Assembly: GCA_025699025.1 (NCBI GenBank)
Contig: JAILWJ010000003.1
Location: forward strand, 122,192-154,191
Source: Nitrosarchaeum sp.
GTDB lineage: Archaea; Thermoproteota; Nitrososphaeria; Nitrososphaerales; Nitrosopumilaceae
Reading direction: 5' to 3'
DNA: 32,000 nucleotides
Shown: positions 15,188 through 22,840 of the stretch, one piece after another
Numbering within the stretch: the first letter of the stretch is position 1
Layout of the letters: each line of letters begins with the position of its first letter
Notes under the pieces: model-generated
Databases searched by the model: none
Told to the model about the DNA's origin: nothing
Seen by the model: the letters and a program-made list of their open reading frames with translations, nothing else
Made by a program: the position numbers and the translations under genes

Positions 15188-16948
15188 ATGTGTTCAATAA
15201 TTGGTTATTATGGCAAGGAAACAGCTGCACCAATCATTGTCAAAGGATTGAAGAGGATGGAATATCGGGGTTATGACAGTGTAGGAGTTGCCACAGAATC
15301 AAATAATCAGATCGGGCTAAAGAAAGGAACTGGCAAGGTTGAAGAGGTAAATGCCAAAGTCCACCTAGAGGGATTGCCAGGAAAAATAGGAATTGGACAT
15401 ACACGATGGGCAACGCATGGAAAGGTCACAGATGCCAATGCACACCCACACCCAAGTACATCAGGAAAAATTGCAATAGTTCACAATGGAATAATAGATA
15501 ATTTTCAGGAGCTCAAAAATGATCTGGAAAAAGAGGGATACCAGTTCAAAAGCGACACAGATAGCGAAGTAATTGCAAATCTCCTTCAAAGAAATTTGGA
15601 AAATATAAAAAACATCAAAGAGACAATCATCAAAACAGTATCAGAGCTAAAAGGGCATTATTCATTTGTTGCAATGTTTGAAAATGGCCAGCTTGCAGCA
15701 GTCAGATTTCATGAACCGTTAATTATAGGAGTTGGAAAAAATGAATTCTTTTTGTCAAGTGATGTGCTAGGATTCATAGAATATACTGATGACGCGATAT
15801 ATTTGGACAATAGAAACTTTGTAATTATTGACGATGACAAGATGCAGATTTTGGATTTTGAAGGAAATTCAGTAAAAATTGAGATAACCAAAGTTTCAAA
15901 AGAGTTTGCAGATGCATACAAGGGAGATTATGCTCACTTTACTCTAAAAGAGATCTATGAGCAAAATGAAACAATTCTCAAATCAGGTGAAAAGACACTG
16001 GAAGCGATTGAAAAAACAGCAGACTACATCAAGCATGCAAAAAACATCTTTGTTACAGGAAGTGGAACAAGTTACAATTCAGCATTAATTGCAAAACAAA
16101 TGCTATCAAAATATGCCAAGATCAAAATAGAGCCAATAATATCTAGTGAATTACAATTTTCTCCAGACAGCATTGAGCCAAATTCCATATTAATTGCAAT
16201 TTCGCAAAGCGGAGAAAGCGCAGACGTGTTAGAGGCAGTAAACATTGCAAAACAAAAAAACTGCAAGATTATTTCAATAGTGAATTTACTAACTTCGTCG
16301 CTTGCAAGGGAATCAGACGTAGTCATAGGCATGAATTGTGGCCCAGAGATAGGAGTTGCTGCAACTAAAAGTTTCACATCACAGTTGGGGGTTTTGTACA
16401 AGATTGTTGAAAAGCTAAGTAATGGTAGTTTCATGGTAGATTTTAAGGAAATATCAAACTCAATATCAAAAATTCTTGAAAACCCATACAAGATTCAACA
16501 GATTGCAAAGGACATCAAGGATATTTCAGACATCTACGTTCTTGGTAGAGGGATCCACTATCCAATTGCAATAGAGGCAGCACTCAAGTTAAAGGAATTA
16601 ACATACATCCACGCAGAAGGAATTCCAGGTGGAGAATTAAAGCACGGTCCGCTTGCACTGATGGACTCAAATGTCTTTGTAATCATCATCAATCCAAATG
16701 ATGCCACATATTCAGATATGCTGACTAGTGCAAGAGAAATCAAAGCACGGGGGGCAAAGATTATTGGCATATCGGATCAGGAAAGTGACGTGTATGACTA
16801 CTGGATAGAAATTCCCAAAACAAACGAATCGACATATCTGATTTCAGAAATCATTCCAATTCAACTGCTCTCTTACTATGCAGCGTTGGAAAAAGAAACA
16901 GATCCTGATTATCCGAGAAATTTAGCGAAATCAGTTACAGTGAAGTAA
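15188..16948 (+). CDS. glmS: Glutamine--fructose-6-phosphate aminotransferase (isomerising)
   Basis: N-terminal nucleophile MCSIIGY, GIGHTRWATHG, two SIS domains (GSGTSYNSAL, SQSGESADV) and a C-terminal KSVTVK-type ending. Confidence 0.95.
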   Translation: MCSIIGYYGKETAAPIIVKGLKRMEYRGYDSVGVATESNNQIGLKKGTGKVEEVNAKVHLEGLPGKIGIGHTRWATHGKVTDANAHPHPSTSGKIAIVHNGIIDNFQELKNDLEKEGYQFKSDTDSEVIANLLQRNLENIKNIKETIIKTVSELKGHYSFVAMFENGQLAAVRFHEPLIIGVGKNEFFLSSDVLGFIEYTDDAIYLDNRNFVIIDDDKMQILDFEGNSVKIEITKVSKEFADAYKGDYAHFTLKEIYEQNETILKSGEKTLEAIEKTADYIKHAKNIFVTGSGTSYNSALIAKQMLSKYAKIKIEPIISSELQFSPDSIEPNSILIAISQSGESADVLEAVNIAKQKNCKIISIVNLLTSSLARESDVVIGMNCGPEIGVAATKSFTSQLGVLYKIVEKLSNGSFMVDFKEISNSISKILENPYKIQQIAKDIKDISDIYVLGRGIHYPIAIEAALKLKELTYIHAEGIPGGELKHGPLALMDSNVFVIIINPNDATYSDMLTSAREIKARGAKIIGISDQESDVYDYWIEIPKTNESTYLISEIIPIQLLSYYAALEKETDPDYPRNLAKSVTVK

Positions 16949-18008
16949 AAAGTCGATGATATTCCTTTTCTGCCAAATCTAAAAATTTTGTGGAAGTGTT
17001 TCCAGTTTTTAGCATCGATGCAATAATGCTTCCACCTGCACCAACTCCTTCCTTTGCAAATCCTTCAGAGTATGCTTTTAGTCCCGCATACTTGGAGTTT
17101 TTTAATTCAGGGTCAATTGCGATTGCGGGAATGTCAGCAATCTGGGAAACAAGGTTTTTGAAATTAGCACTTTCATCATGGGTTATGTAAGAGGTGGTTC
17201 CTATTGCAGTATTGTCCTCATTAAATCCAATTTTTGATGCAAATCCGAGAACCGCAGTCATTTGTGTACCCCCAGCTAGTATTACTTTAGAAATTTCAGA
17301 TGCAGAGCTTAGCATTCCAGTTACAAATGCAATCATAGGATCACCAACCGTTGCTACAACCTGATACGGATGATCAGAGTCCAGTCTACTTAGTGCCGAG
17401 TTTACAATTTGATTTTTTAGAACCACGGGGTTATTTGGAATGCTGGAGCTTACTTTGGCATTAAACCCTAATCCTCTAAGTACTGCAAGAGCGGTTGTAG
17501 TCCCACCCGGTATGCTTTCACCTATTATCAAGCAATCAGTCAATGATGCCAAGCTTCGACCCACAATCCTTCCATAATCTATGGCCTGTACAACTTGAGA
17601 ATCAGTCATTGCGGATTCCACAGAGATATTCTTACCAAAAGTCAATCCAGTTTGAATAAATGGTAGTTGTGGAGAAACCTTACTTCCAGCATTAATTACC
17701 AAGTGAGGAATGCTGGCGGATTCCAAAGCAATTTTTGTTAGCAATGCAGGAGTTGGTTTTCCATCAGGAGTCATTGGAATTTTGGGGATTGTCTTACAAT
17801 GACCATAGTGCAAATATTCTGCATCTGCAGGAGGGGTATACTGTATAGAATCACTGTCAGCACCTGCAAAAGTTATTCCAGGAATTTCGCATGTTTGGGT
17901 GTAAGAGATTACGAATGAAAACAAAAAGTTCTTTGTTTTTACAGAATCAATGAAATCCTGTGCTTTGTCAGTATTTCCAAACAATTCAAATTCATTCAAA
18001 ATATTCAC
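16935..18008 (-). CDS. cobT: Archaeal-type CobT-like nicotinate-nucleotide--dimethylbenzimidazole phosphoribosyltransferase (UPF0284 family)
   Basis: GTG start. SYTQTCEIPGITFAG...ADAEYLHYG...IGESIPGGTTTA matches the archaeal CobT homologue family. The 3' end overlaps the glmS 3' end by 14 nt (convergent). Confidence 0.75.
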   Translation of the reverse strand: MNILNEFELFGNTDKAQDFIDSVKTKNFLFSFVISYTQTCEIPGITFAGADSDSIQYTPPADAEYLHYGHCKTIPKIPMTPDGKPTPALLTKIALESASIPHLVINAGSKVSPQLPFIQTGLTFGKNISVESAMTDSQVVQAIDYGRIVGRSLASLTDCLIIGESIPGGTTTALAVLRGLGFNAKVSSSIPNNPVVLKNQIVNSALSRLDSDHPYQVVATVGDPMIAFVTGMLSSASEISKVILAGGTQMTAVLGFASKIGFNEDNTAIGTTSYITHDESANFKNLVSQIADIPAIAIDPELKNSKYAGLKAYSEGFAKEGVGAGGSIIASMLKTGNTSTKFLDLAEKEYHRLFTSL

Positions 18009-18586
18009 TAACCCATCATTTCAACAAATTCTTGTTCTGTTCTTTTTTGCATTACAAGATTTGTAGCTTTTTCCTTACCAATAGTTGATGTTTCTACATG
18101 TCCATAATTATGACCGGGATACAAAACTAGGTTGTCGTCTAACTTATACAACACATCAAAGAGGCTGTGATACAGTTCTTTTGCACTTCCTCCAGGAAGA
18201 TCAACCCTGCCGCAATTTCCTACAAAAAGGGTATCACCTGAAAATATTTTCCCATCACCGACCAAACATATGCTGTCTTTTGAGTGACCAGGGGTGTGAT
18301 ATACAGTCAGTTTGGAGTTTCCAAATTCGATGACATCGCCATTTTTGACAGATATGTCATGGTTTAGTTCGGAAGATTCATGTTGTATGATTTTTGCAGA
18401 TGTGGAATTTGCCATTCCTTCATTTCCCAATGTATGATCAAAATGATGATGAGTGTTTACAATGTATTTTATTTTCAGATCATTTCTTTTTATGATTAAT
18501 TCAATCTCTATCAAATCCCACGATGGATCAATTAAAATTGCCTCGCCAGAATCTTCGTCTTCAACTACATATGTAAAATTCTGCAT
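18008..18586 (-). CDS. MBL-fold metallo-hydrolase (glyoxalase II-like)
   Basis: THHHFDHTLGN, HTPGHSKDS and GDTLFVGNCGRVDLPGG motifs. Confidence 0.85.
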   Translation of the reverse strand: MQNFTYVVEDEDSGEAILIDPSWDLIEIELIIKRNDLKIKYIVNTHHHFDHTLGNEGMANSTSAKIIQHESSELNHDISVKNGDVIEFGNSKLTVYHTPGHSKDSICLVGDGKIFSGDTLFVGNCGRVDLPGGSAKELYHSLFDVLYKLDDNLVLYPGHNYGHVETSTIGKEKATNLVMQKRTEQEFVEMMG

Positions 18587-18612
18587 ATTGCCAACTTGAA
18601 TTTGGTGTACTT

Positions 18613-19260
18613 TCAGAGTACTCCCGCCTCCGCTTCTGGTGGAATTCCTATCTTCTCAGCACACAGTTTTCCTGTCAAATCTTTTCTTTTTGGTATACCC
18701 TGTTTCATTTTATGAAATGTTACAGTCAAGTCAGATTTTACAAAAATATTTGCAGTGTCTCCAGTTTGAGGGTCTAGTCCAGACGGTACATCTACCGCAA
18801 ACTTGAAGCAGTCAGCATTATTGATGTATTTTATTGCAGTTGCATATGGTTCTCTTATATCACCAGAAATGCCAGTCCCCAAGATTCCATCAATAATAAC
18901 ATCAGGCTTGAAGTCAAAATTCAAGACATTGTCAGTCATGAGTCTTACGGAAGGCATTTTTTCCAAAATCGACCAGTTCCACGAGCTTTCTTCGGTTTTA
19001 ATCATGTTTGGAGAGCCAAGAAGGTGAACAGTTACTTTGGCACCATATCCTGCAAGATGTCTTGCCATAACCAGTCCATCGCCACCATTATTACCCAATC
19101 CAGCAAAAATCAGAATGTTTTTAGAATTCACATCACCAAATTCTTCAATCAATCTCCTCACAGATACTGCTCCAGCATTTTCCATCATGAATTTTTTGAA
19201 AAACCCCATGGCATGACCGTTATTTTCAATTTGATACATTTGATCCACAGTAATTTCCAT
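18613..19260 (-). CDS. nnrE: NAD(P)H-hydrate epimerase (YjeF N-terminal domain)
   Basis: MMENAG, GLGNNGGDGLVMARHL and DGILGTGISG motifs. Confidence 0.85.
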   Translation of the reverse strand: MEITVDQMYQIENNGHAMGFFKKFMMENAGAVSVRRLIEEFGDVNSKNILIFAGLGNNGGDGLVMARHLAGYGAKVTVHLLGSPNMIKTEESSWNWSILEKMPSVRLMTDNVLNFDFKPDVIIDGILGTGISGDIREPYATAIKYINNADCFKFAVDVPSGLDPQTGDTANIFVKSDLTVTFHKMKQGIPKRKDLTGKLCAEKIGIPPEAEAGVL

Positions 19261-19333
19261 AAAGTACTAGAAGATCATTCCAAAATAAGAGCTTTGGCAA
19301 ACGGCTTTATCCTAGCTTTTGAACATTCTATGC

Positions 19334-19948
19334 ATGTCCCTCAAAAATATAAAATCATCGTTAAATAAAATTGCAAAATCATTATCAGACATTCAGGATG
19401 CCAGAGAATTTTTATTGAAAAACACAAGAGAGGTGATAATTCTTTGTAGCAGATCAATTATTTCAGTCCATAAAGGAGACATCAAATCTGCAAAAAATAA
19501 TCTAAGACAAGCAGAAGTACTTTTGAAGAAATATCAAAAAAAAGCAACTGATGATCTTAGAAAATACATTATTACACCAGAGCAAGAATTTGTAGAAGCA
19601 GCATGCCTTGTGGCAATTTTTGAAAAAAAAGAGATTCCAGATGATAAGAAATTGAATGTAATGCCAGAATCATATGTACTTGGATTACTGGATTGTGTAG
19701 GAGAATTGAAACGAATGGTTTTTGACAAAATTAGAATAGGAGACATAGATGAGGCAATTAGAATTTTTGACATAATGGAAACCCTCTATTTGGAATTATA
19801 TCCATTTTCAATGTATGATAAAGTAGTGAAGGAATCAAGAAGAAAAATCGATGTGAATAGAATTCTGGTTGAAGATGCTCGAGGTGCAATTACAGAAGAA
19901 AAAAGAAGATCAGAGTTAATCAAAGCACTAAGTAAATTTCAAAAATAA
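19334..19948 (+). CDS. Translin-family protein
   Basis: ORF 19319..19948 (TTG); I prefer ATG 19334. All-helical, with EQEFVEA and YVLGLLDCVGELKRM (the Y-x-L-G-x-x-D-x-x-GEL-x-R translin/TRAX signature). Confidence 0.7.
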   Translation: MSLKNIKSSLNKIAKSLSDIQDAREFLLKNTREVIILCSRSIISVHKGDIKSAKNNLRQAEVLLKKYQKKATDDLRKYIITPEQEFVEAACLVAIFEKKEIPDDKKLNVMPESYVLGLLDCVGELKRMVFDKIRIGDIDEAIRIFDIMETLYLELYPFSMYDKVVKESRRKIDVNRILVEDARGAITEEKRRSELIKALSKFQK

Positions 19949-19957
19949 GTCAATTTT

Positions 19958-19974
19958 CATATGGTTTATGCGGG
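19958..19974 (+). repeat. Direct repeat, left copy: CATATGGTTTATGCGGG
   Basis: Exact match to 22455-22471. The flanking bases differ on both sides. Confidence 0.9.
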
Positions 19975-20006
19975 GGATATAGTTAGAGCTGCACATTTTG
20001 CACTAA
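19973..20006 (+). repeat. Inverted repeat, left arm: GGGGATATAGTTAGAGCTGCACATTTTGCACTAA
   Basis: 31/34 identical to the reverse complement of 22422-22455 by hand alignment. Confidence 0.85.
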
Positions 20007-20028
20007 ATGGATAATCTTAAGTTCACAA

Positions 20029-20730
20029 ATGATTAGAAAAACCATGAATCAGAGACATGCAGCAATCCTGATTTTTCTTGTTTTATTGACTCCGATAATT
20101 TCATCAGCAGATGCTGCAAAACCAATGGACATCAAAGCGCAAAACCCACGAGTGACCGAACATGAATTTTACAACACGATTGCAGTTGACATTCATATCA
20201 GTATACCCGATATTGAGATAAACGATTGGATTACGATTCTGCCTCTGGATTTTACAATTGTAAATGAGGAAGGAAAAGCATACTATCATAGTAAGGATTG
20301 TGGCCCGCAGTTATATTACGAAATGAGGGGCAAGACTGGGCCCAATGGCTCTTTTACTGTTTGTTATGATGTAGAAAAAAAATACAATCAATTCAAAATG
20401 TATTATAAGAAAAATCTTCTTGGCAATATTGACTTGGCAGAAATAACTGCTGCATCTCCAGATACAATTAAACAAAATACAAACAGTGATGGACAATCAT
20501 GTATCAGAATGATGACTCAGGAAGAAAAAGATGCCAATCCAGATAGGATACAGGATGGAATTCAGGGAGTCATGATTGACGGCAAATGTGTTACAGAGGA
20601 TAAATCCACAAACTTGTCAATACAGAATAGTGCAGATGGAGTTAAATCAGAAAACAAAAGTCAGGATACTGGGATAGGTTTGTTTTTTTCCCAGTTGATG
20701 GACATGATTCGGTCATTATTTCGATTCTAG
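20029..20730 (+). CDS. Hypothetical secreted protein (233 aa)
   Basis: Signal peptide MNQRHAAILIFLVLLTPIISSADA and an amphipathic C-terminus GIGLFFSQLMDMIRSLFRF. I recognise no family. Confidence 0.6.
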   Translation: MIRKTMNQRHAAILIFLVLLTPIISSADAAKPMDIKAQNPRVTEHEFYNTIAVDIHISIPDIEINDWITILPLDFTIVNEEGKAYYHSKDCGPQLYYEMRGKTGPNGSFTVCYDVEKKYNQFKMYYKKNLLGNIDLAEITAASPDTIKQNTNSDGQSCIRMMTQEEKDANPDRIQDGIQGVMIDGKCVTEDKSTNLSIQNSADGVKSENKSQDTGIGLFFSQLMDMIRSLFRF

Positions 20731-20927
20731 TCGTTGAGCATTTTACTAAACAATCTTTTTGCGGCTGCGACAATTGATGCTATTATCAGAATTGCTCCAA
20801 AAAAGAACAAAACCCATCCTATGCCTCCATACTGGAATTGCTTTGTCATCATGACATTTCCAGCTAGAATCATTCCAATGAAAAGCAAGATAATTCCAAT
20901 GATGAGAACCTTGACCCATGTTTTCAA
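20727..20927 (-). CDS. Small 2-TM membrane protein (66 aa)
   Basis: Helices VKVLIIGIILLFIGMILAG and GWVLFFFGAILIIASIVAAA. Its stop overlaps the stop of the convergent upstream gene (CTAG). Confidence 0.45.
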   Translation of the reverse strand: MKTWVKVLIIGIILLFIGMILAGNVMMTKQFQYGGIGWVLFFFGAILIIASIVAAAKRLFSKMLND

Positions 20928-20955
20928 TAATATGTGAATAAATTGGTCATAGATA

Positions 20956-20980
20956 AGTTAGAGTGGAAGATTTTGCACTA
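20956..20980 (+). repeat. Internal third copy of the repeat core: AGTTAGAGTGGAAGATTTTGCACTA
   Basis: 24/25 identical to the reverse complement of 22423-22447 and 21/25 identical to 19981-20005. It ends exactly at ATG 20980. Confidence 0.85.
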
Positions 20981-21789
20981 TGCAATCCCGAGTAGCCAAG
21001 AACATGCCAAGCCCAGTACTCATTGATCATTTTATTACTTTCAATAATACAAAACATAATTACAAAATGGCTATCATTTATGGAATGGCTGATAGTGAGA
21101 AGGAACTTTTAGCAAAATTACCTAACGAAGTCAAAAGAGTAGCCGATATTGACAGAGTCAAAAAAGAATTCTACATGAAAATGAAAAAACAACGCTATGG
21201 TTATCATAAAAAATCAATATTTGGGATAGCTTTTTCAGAAATCAAAAGATTTCACTACAAAAGACAACTTGATAAATTTCAATATAGGAAAATAGGAAAA
21301 CTTAGAACAGGAACACATGGGGAAAAGAGTGTCATAAATGAATTATCAAAATTAGATGATAATTATCATGTGTTGTGTGGCGTTGAAATTGAATTGGATA
21401 ATTGGGTTACATATAACGGACAAAAAAACCTCAAATCAGCTCAAATGGATATTGTAGTTGTTTGTCCAAAAGGAGTTTTTATGATTGAGGTCAAAAACTG
21501 GACTGATGACTTTGTTAAAAATGGGAATTGGAGGTTCAATCCATACGAACAAACAGATCGTGCAGGACGAGTATTGTGGATTGCAATGCAGAACATACTA
21601 ACAGAATGTAACGTTACAAGTGTGCTGTTATCAATTAATGGAAATCTTCGATATAATGATGCATTTAGATTTGTAAATGTCTCAAGTTTAGGAACAATCA
21701 ACAATTTCATAACAAAAAGATCTGACCATCTAACAGATGATGAAGTAAATCACGTGGTTAAAAATTTGCTTTATTATATTACAGAGTAA
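20980..21789 (+). CDS. NERD-domain (PD-(D/E)xK nuclease-related) protein
   Basis: GTHGEKSVINELSKLDDNYHVLCGVEI...SAQMDIVVVCPKGVFMIEVKNW...NPYEQTDRAGRVL follows the NERD pattern (G-x-x-GE, then D...E-x-K). The start is either ATG 20980 (abutting the repeat core, possibly leaderless) or ATG 21067 (MAIIYGM). Confidence 0.75.
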   Translation: MQSRVAKNMPSPVLIDHFITFNNTKHNYKMAIIYGMADSEKELLAKLPNEVKRVADIDRVKKEFYMKMKKQRYGYHKKSIFGIAFSEIKRFHYKRQLDKFQYRKIGKLRTGTHGEKSVINELSKLDDNYHVLCGVEIELDNWVTYNGQKNLKSAQMDIVVVCPKGVFMIEVKNWTDDFVKNGNWRFNPYEQTDRAGRVLWIAMQNILTECNVTSVLLSINGNLRYNDAFRFVNVSSLGTINNFITKRSDHLTDDEVNHVVKNLLYYITE

Positions 21790-21847
21790 ACATGAGTTAC
21801 AAAATAATTAGTCTGTTCATATGCAAATAAATTAAAATTAGAAAAAA

Positions 21848-22144
21848 TCATCTCTCAGATGAATTATTTTGAAGATAATCTCTTTCATCAAAATTTCTAT
21901 CTGTATATATTCTCCGAATAAGTACAAACATCATTAAATTTAGTAAATATGGGAGTATCATATAGATGAATTTTGTTTCAGAAGGAATATTTTGAGATGG
22001 TAAAATGAAATCATTTAGTAGAAAGTTAATCACAACACTTCCTATTAGACCAATGAATTGATAGATAAATGCCACTTTTAATCTGCTCAATGGATTATTC
22101 AATTTAGTAAATAGGGATAGAAAAAATATTCTAACTGAAATCAT
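21848..22144 (-). CDS. Hypothetical small membrane protein (98 aa, 2-3 TM)
   Basis: Hydrophobic helices VAFIYQFIGLIGSVVINFLL and FIYMILPYLLNLMMFVLI. I recognise no family. Confidence 0.45.
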   Translation of the reverse strand: MISVRIFFLSLFTKLNNPLSRLKVAFIYQFIGLIGSVVINFLLNDFILPSQNIPSETKFIYMILPYLLNLMMFVLIRRIYTDRNFDERDYLQNNSSER

Positions 22145-22186
22145 AAAAAAAGAAAATTTTTAGAAGGATAGAAGTGATTTTTGATA

Positions 22187-22327
22187 TTATTCTACTTTAA
22201 GACCATCATTTTCAATCATTCTATCTAAATATGCATCTTGAATTTTTATGATTTTATGTTTTAATGGTTCACTATTCGAAGATTTTCGCAACTCTTCTAA
22301 TTTTACTAATGTTTCTTCAATTGTCAA
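22187..22327 (-). CDS. Candidate 46-aa helical ORF (TTG start), below the track cutoff
   Basis: Hand translation: LTIEETLVKLEELRKSSNSEPLKHKIIKIQDAYLDRMIENDGLKVE. The only in-frame start is TTG, so support is weak. Confidence 0.15.
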   Translation of the reverse strand: MTIEETLVKLEELRKSSNSEPLKHKIIKIQDAYLDRMIENDGLKVE

Positions 22328-22421
22328 ATTTTCATGTTCACCTCCGATCTAACTTCTATTGATATGAATTTCTAAAAGTGTTATGATGATAATCTGATAA
22401 TATCTTCATTTTGATCATGAA

Positions 22422-22455
22422 TTAGTGCAAAATCTTCCGCTCTAACTATATCCCC
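22422..22455 (-). repeat. Inverted repeat, right arm (reverse complement GGGGATATAGTTAGAGCGGAAGATTTTGCACTAA)
   Basis: See the left arm. It abuts the right direct repeat. Confidence 0.85.
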
Positions 22456-22471
22456 ATATGGTTTATGCGGG
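22455..22471 (+). repeat. Direct repeat, right copy: CATATGGTTTATGCGGG. Its last 6 nt are the tRNA-Leu 3' end.
   Basis: Exact match to 19958-19974. Confidence 0.9.
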
Positions 22472-22550
22472 CGATGGGATTTGAACCCACGAACTCCTAA
22501 GAGACTAGCCCCTCAAGCTAGCGCCTTTGGCCAGGCTGGGCGACGCCCGC
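22466..22550 (-). tRNA. tRNA-Leu (anticodon GAG), type II with a long variable arm; no encoded CCA, no intron
   Basis: The reverse complement folds by hand. The sequence is GCGGGCG-TC-GCCCAGCCTGGCCAAAGGC-G-CTAGC-TTGAGGG-GCTAG-TCTCTTAGGAGTTC-GTGGG-TTCAAAT-CCCAT-CGCCCGC-A. It has a 7-bp acceptor stem, a 5-bp anticodon stem and a TTCAAAT T-loop. The anticodon loop is TT-GAG-GG. Confidence 0.9.
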
Positions 22551-22570
22551 AAGAAAAATTTCTTGCATGG

Positions 22571-22580
22571 TTTTTATAAT
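22571..22580 (+). promoter_or_regulatory. TATA box TTTTTATAAT about 27 nt upstream of the rpoN ATG 22603
   Basis: The spacing supports the internal ATG as a leaderless start. Confidence 0.4.
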
Positions 22581-22602
22581 CCTTGGTTACTTTTTTGTTC
22601 GT

Positions 22603-22839
22603 ATGCTAATTCCTGTCAGATGTTTTACATGTGGAAATTTGATTGCAGACAAACACGATAATTACCAAAATAAAGTTAGAGCAGGAGAGGATCCTGCAAA
22701 AGTTCTTGACGCTTTAGGAATTACAAGATATTGTTGCAGAAGAATGTTACTAACATCACTTGAGACAATACAGCAAATAATTCCATTCTATGAGGCAATA
22801 CAGAGAAGACACCAAGAAGTCCAATCTGAGCTAGAGTAA
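22603..22839 (+). CDS. rpoN: DNA-directed RNA polymerase subunit N (Rpo10/RpoN)
   Basis: MLIPVRCFTCGNLIADK...YCCRRMLLTS is the Rpb10/RpoN zinc-bundle signature. The ORF-track start at 22567 adds 12 hydrophobic codons that overlap the TATA box, so I rejected it. Confidence 0.85.
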   Translation: MLIPVRCFTCGNLIADKHDNYQNKVRAGEDPAKVLDALGITRYCCRRMLLTSLETIQQIIPFYEAIQRRHQEVQSELE

Positions 22840-22840
22840 T

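Larger units (their letters stand above)
19958..22471. mobile_element. Candidate non-autonomous or decayed integrated cassette between translin and tRNA-Leu (direct repeats plus terminal inverted repeats, no recombinase)
   Basis: An exact 17-nt direct repeat sits at both ends. The right copy overlaps the tRNA-Leu 3' end. 34-nt imperfect inverted repeats lie immediately inside the direct repeats. The cargo is orphan small genes plus a NERD-domain gene. Confidence 0.4.

Noticed and set aside
16072-16491. Long antisense ORFs inside confident genes. Examples: 16072..16491 in glmS, 3073..3471 in the radical SAM gene, 7860..8183 and 8588..8872 in the surface-protein gene, 19024..19368 opposite nnrE and 27053..27358 opposite ipk.
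   Set aside because: All lie fully within strongly supported genes on the other strand and have low-complexity hydrophobic or Ser-rich composition with no family motifs. They are shadow ORFs expected in AT-rich DNA.
22382-22396. Possible C/D-box sRNA (ATGATGA ... CTGA) in the gap next to tRNA-Leu
   Set aside because: The CTGA follows the C-like box after only 4 nt. There is no properly spaced D box or C'/D' pair, and no terminal stem.
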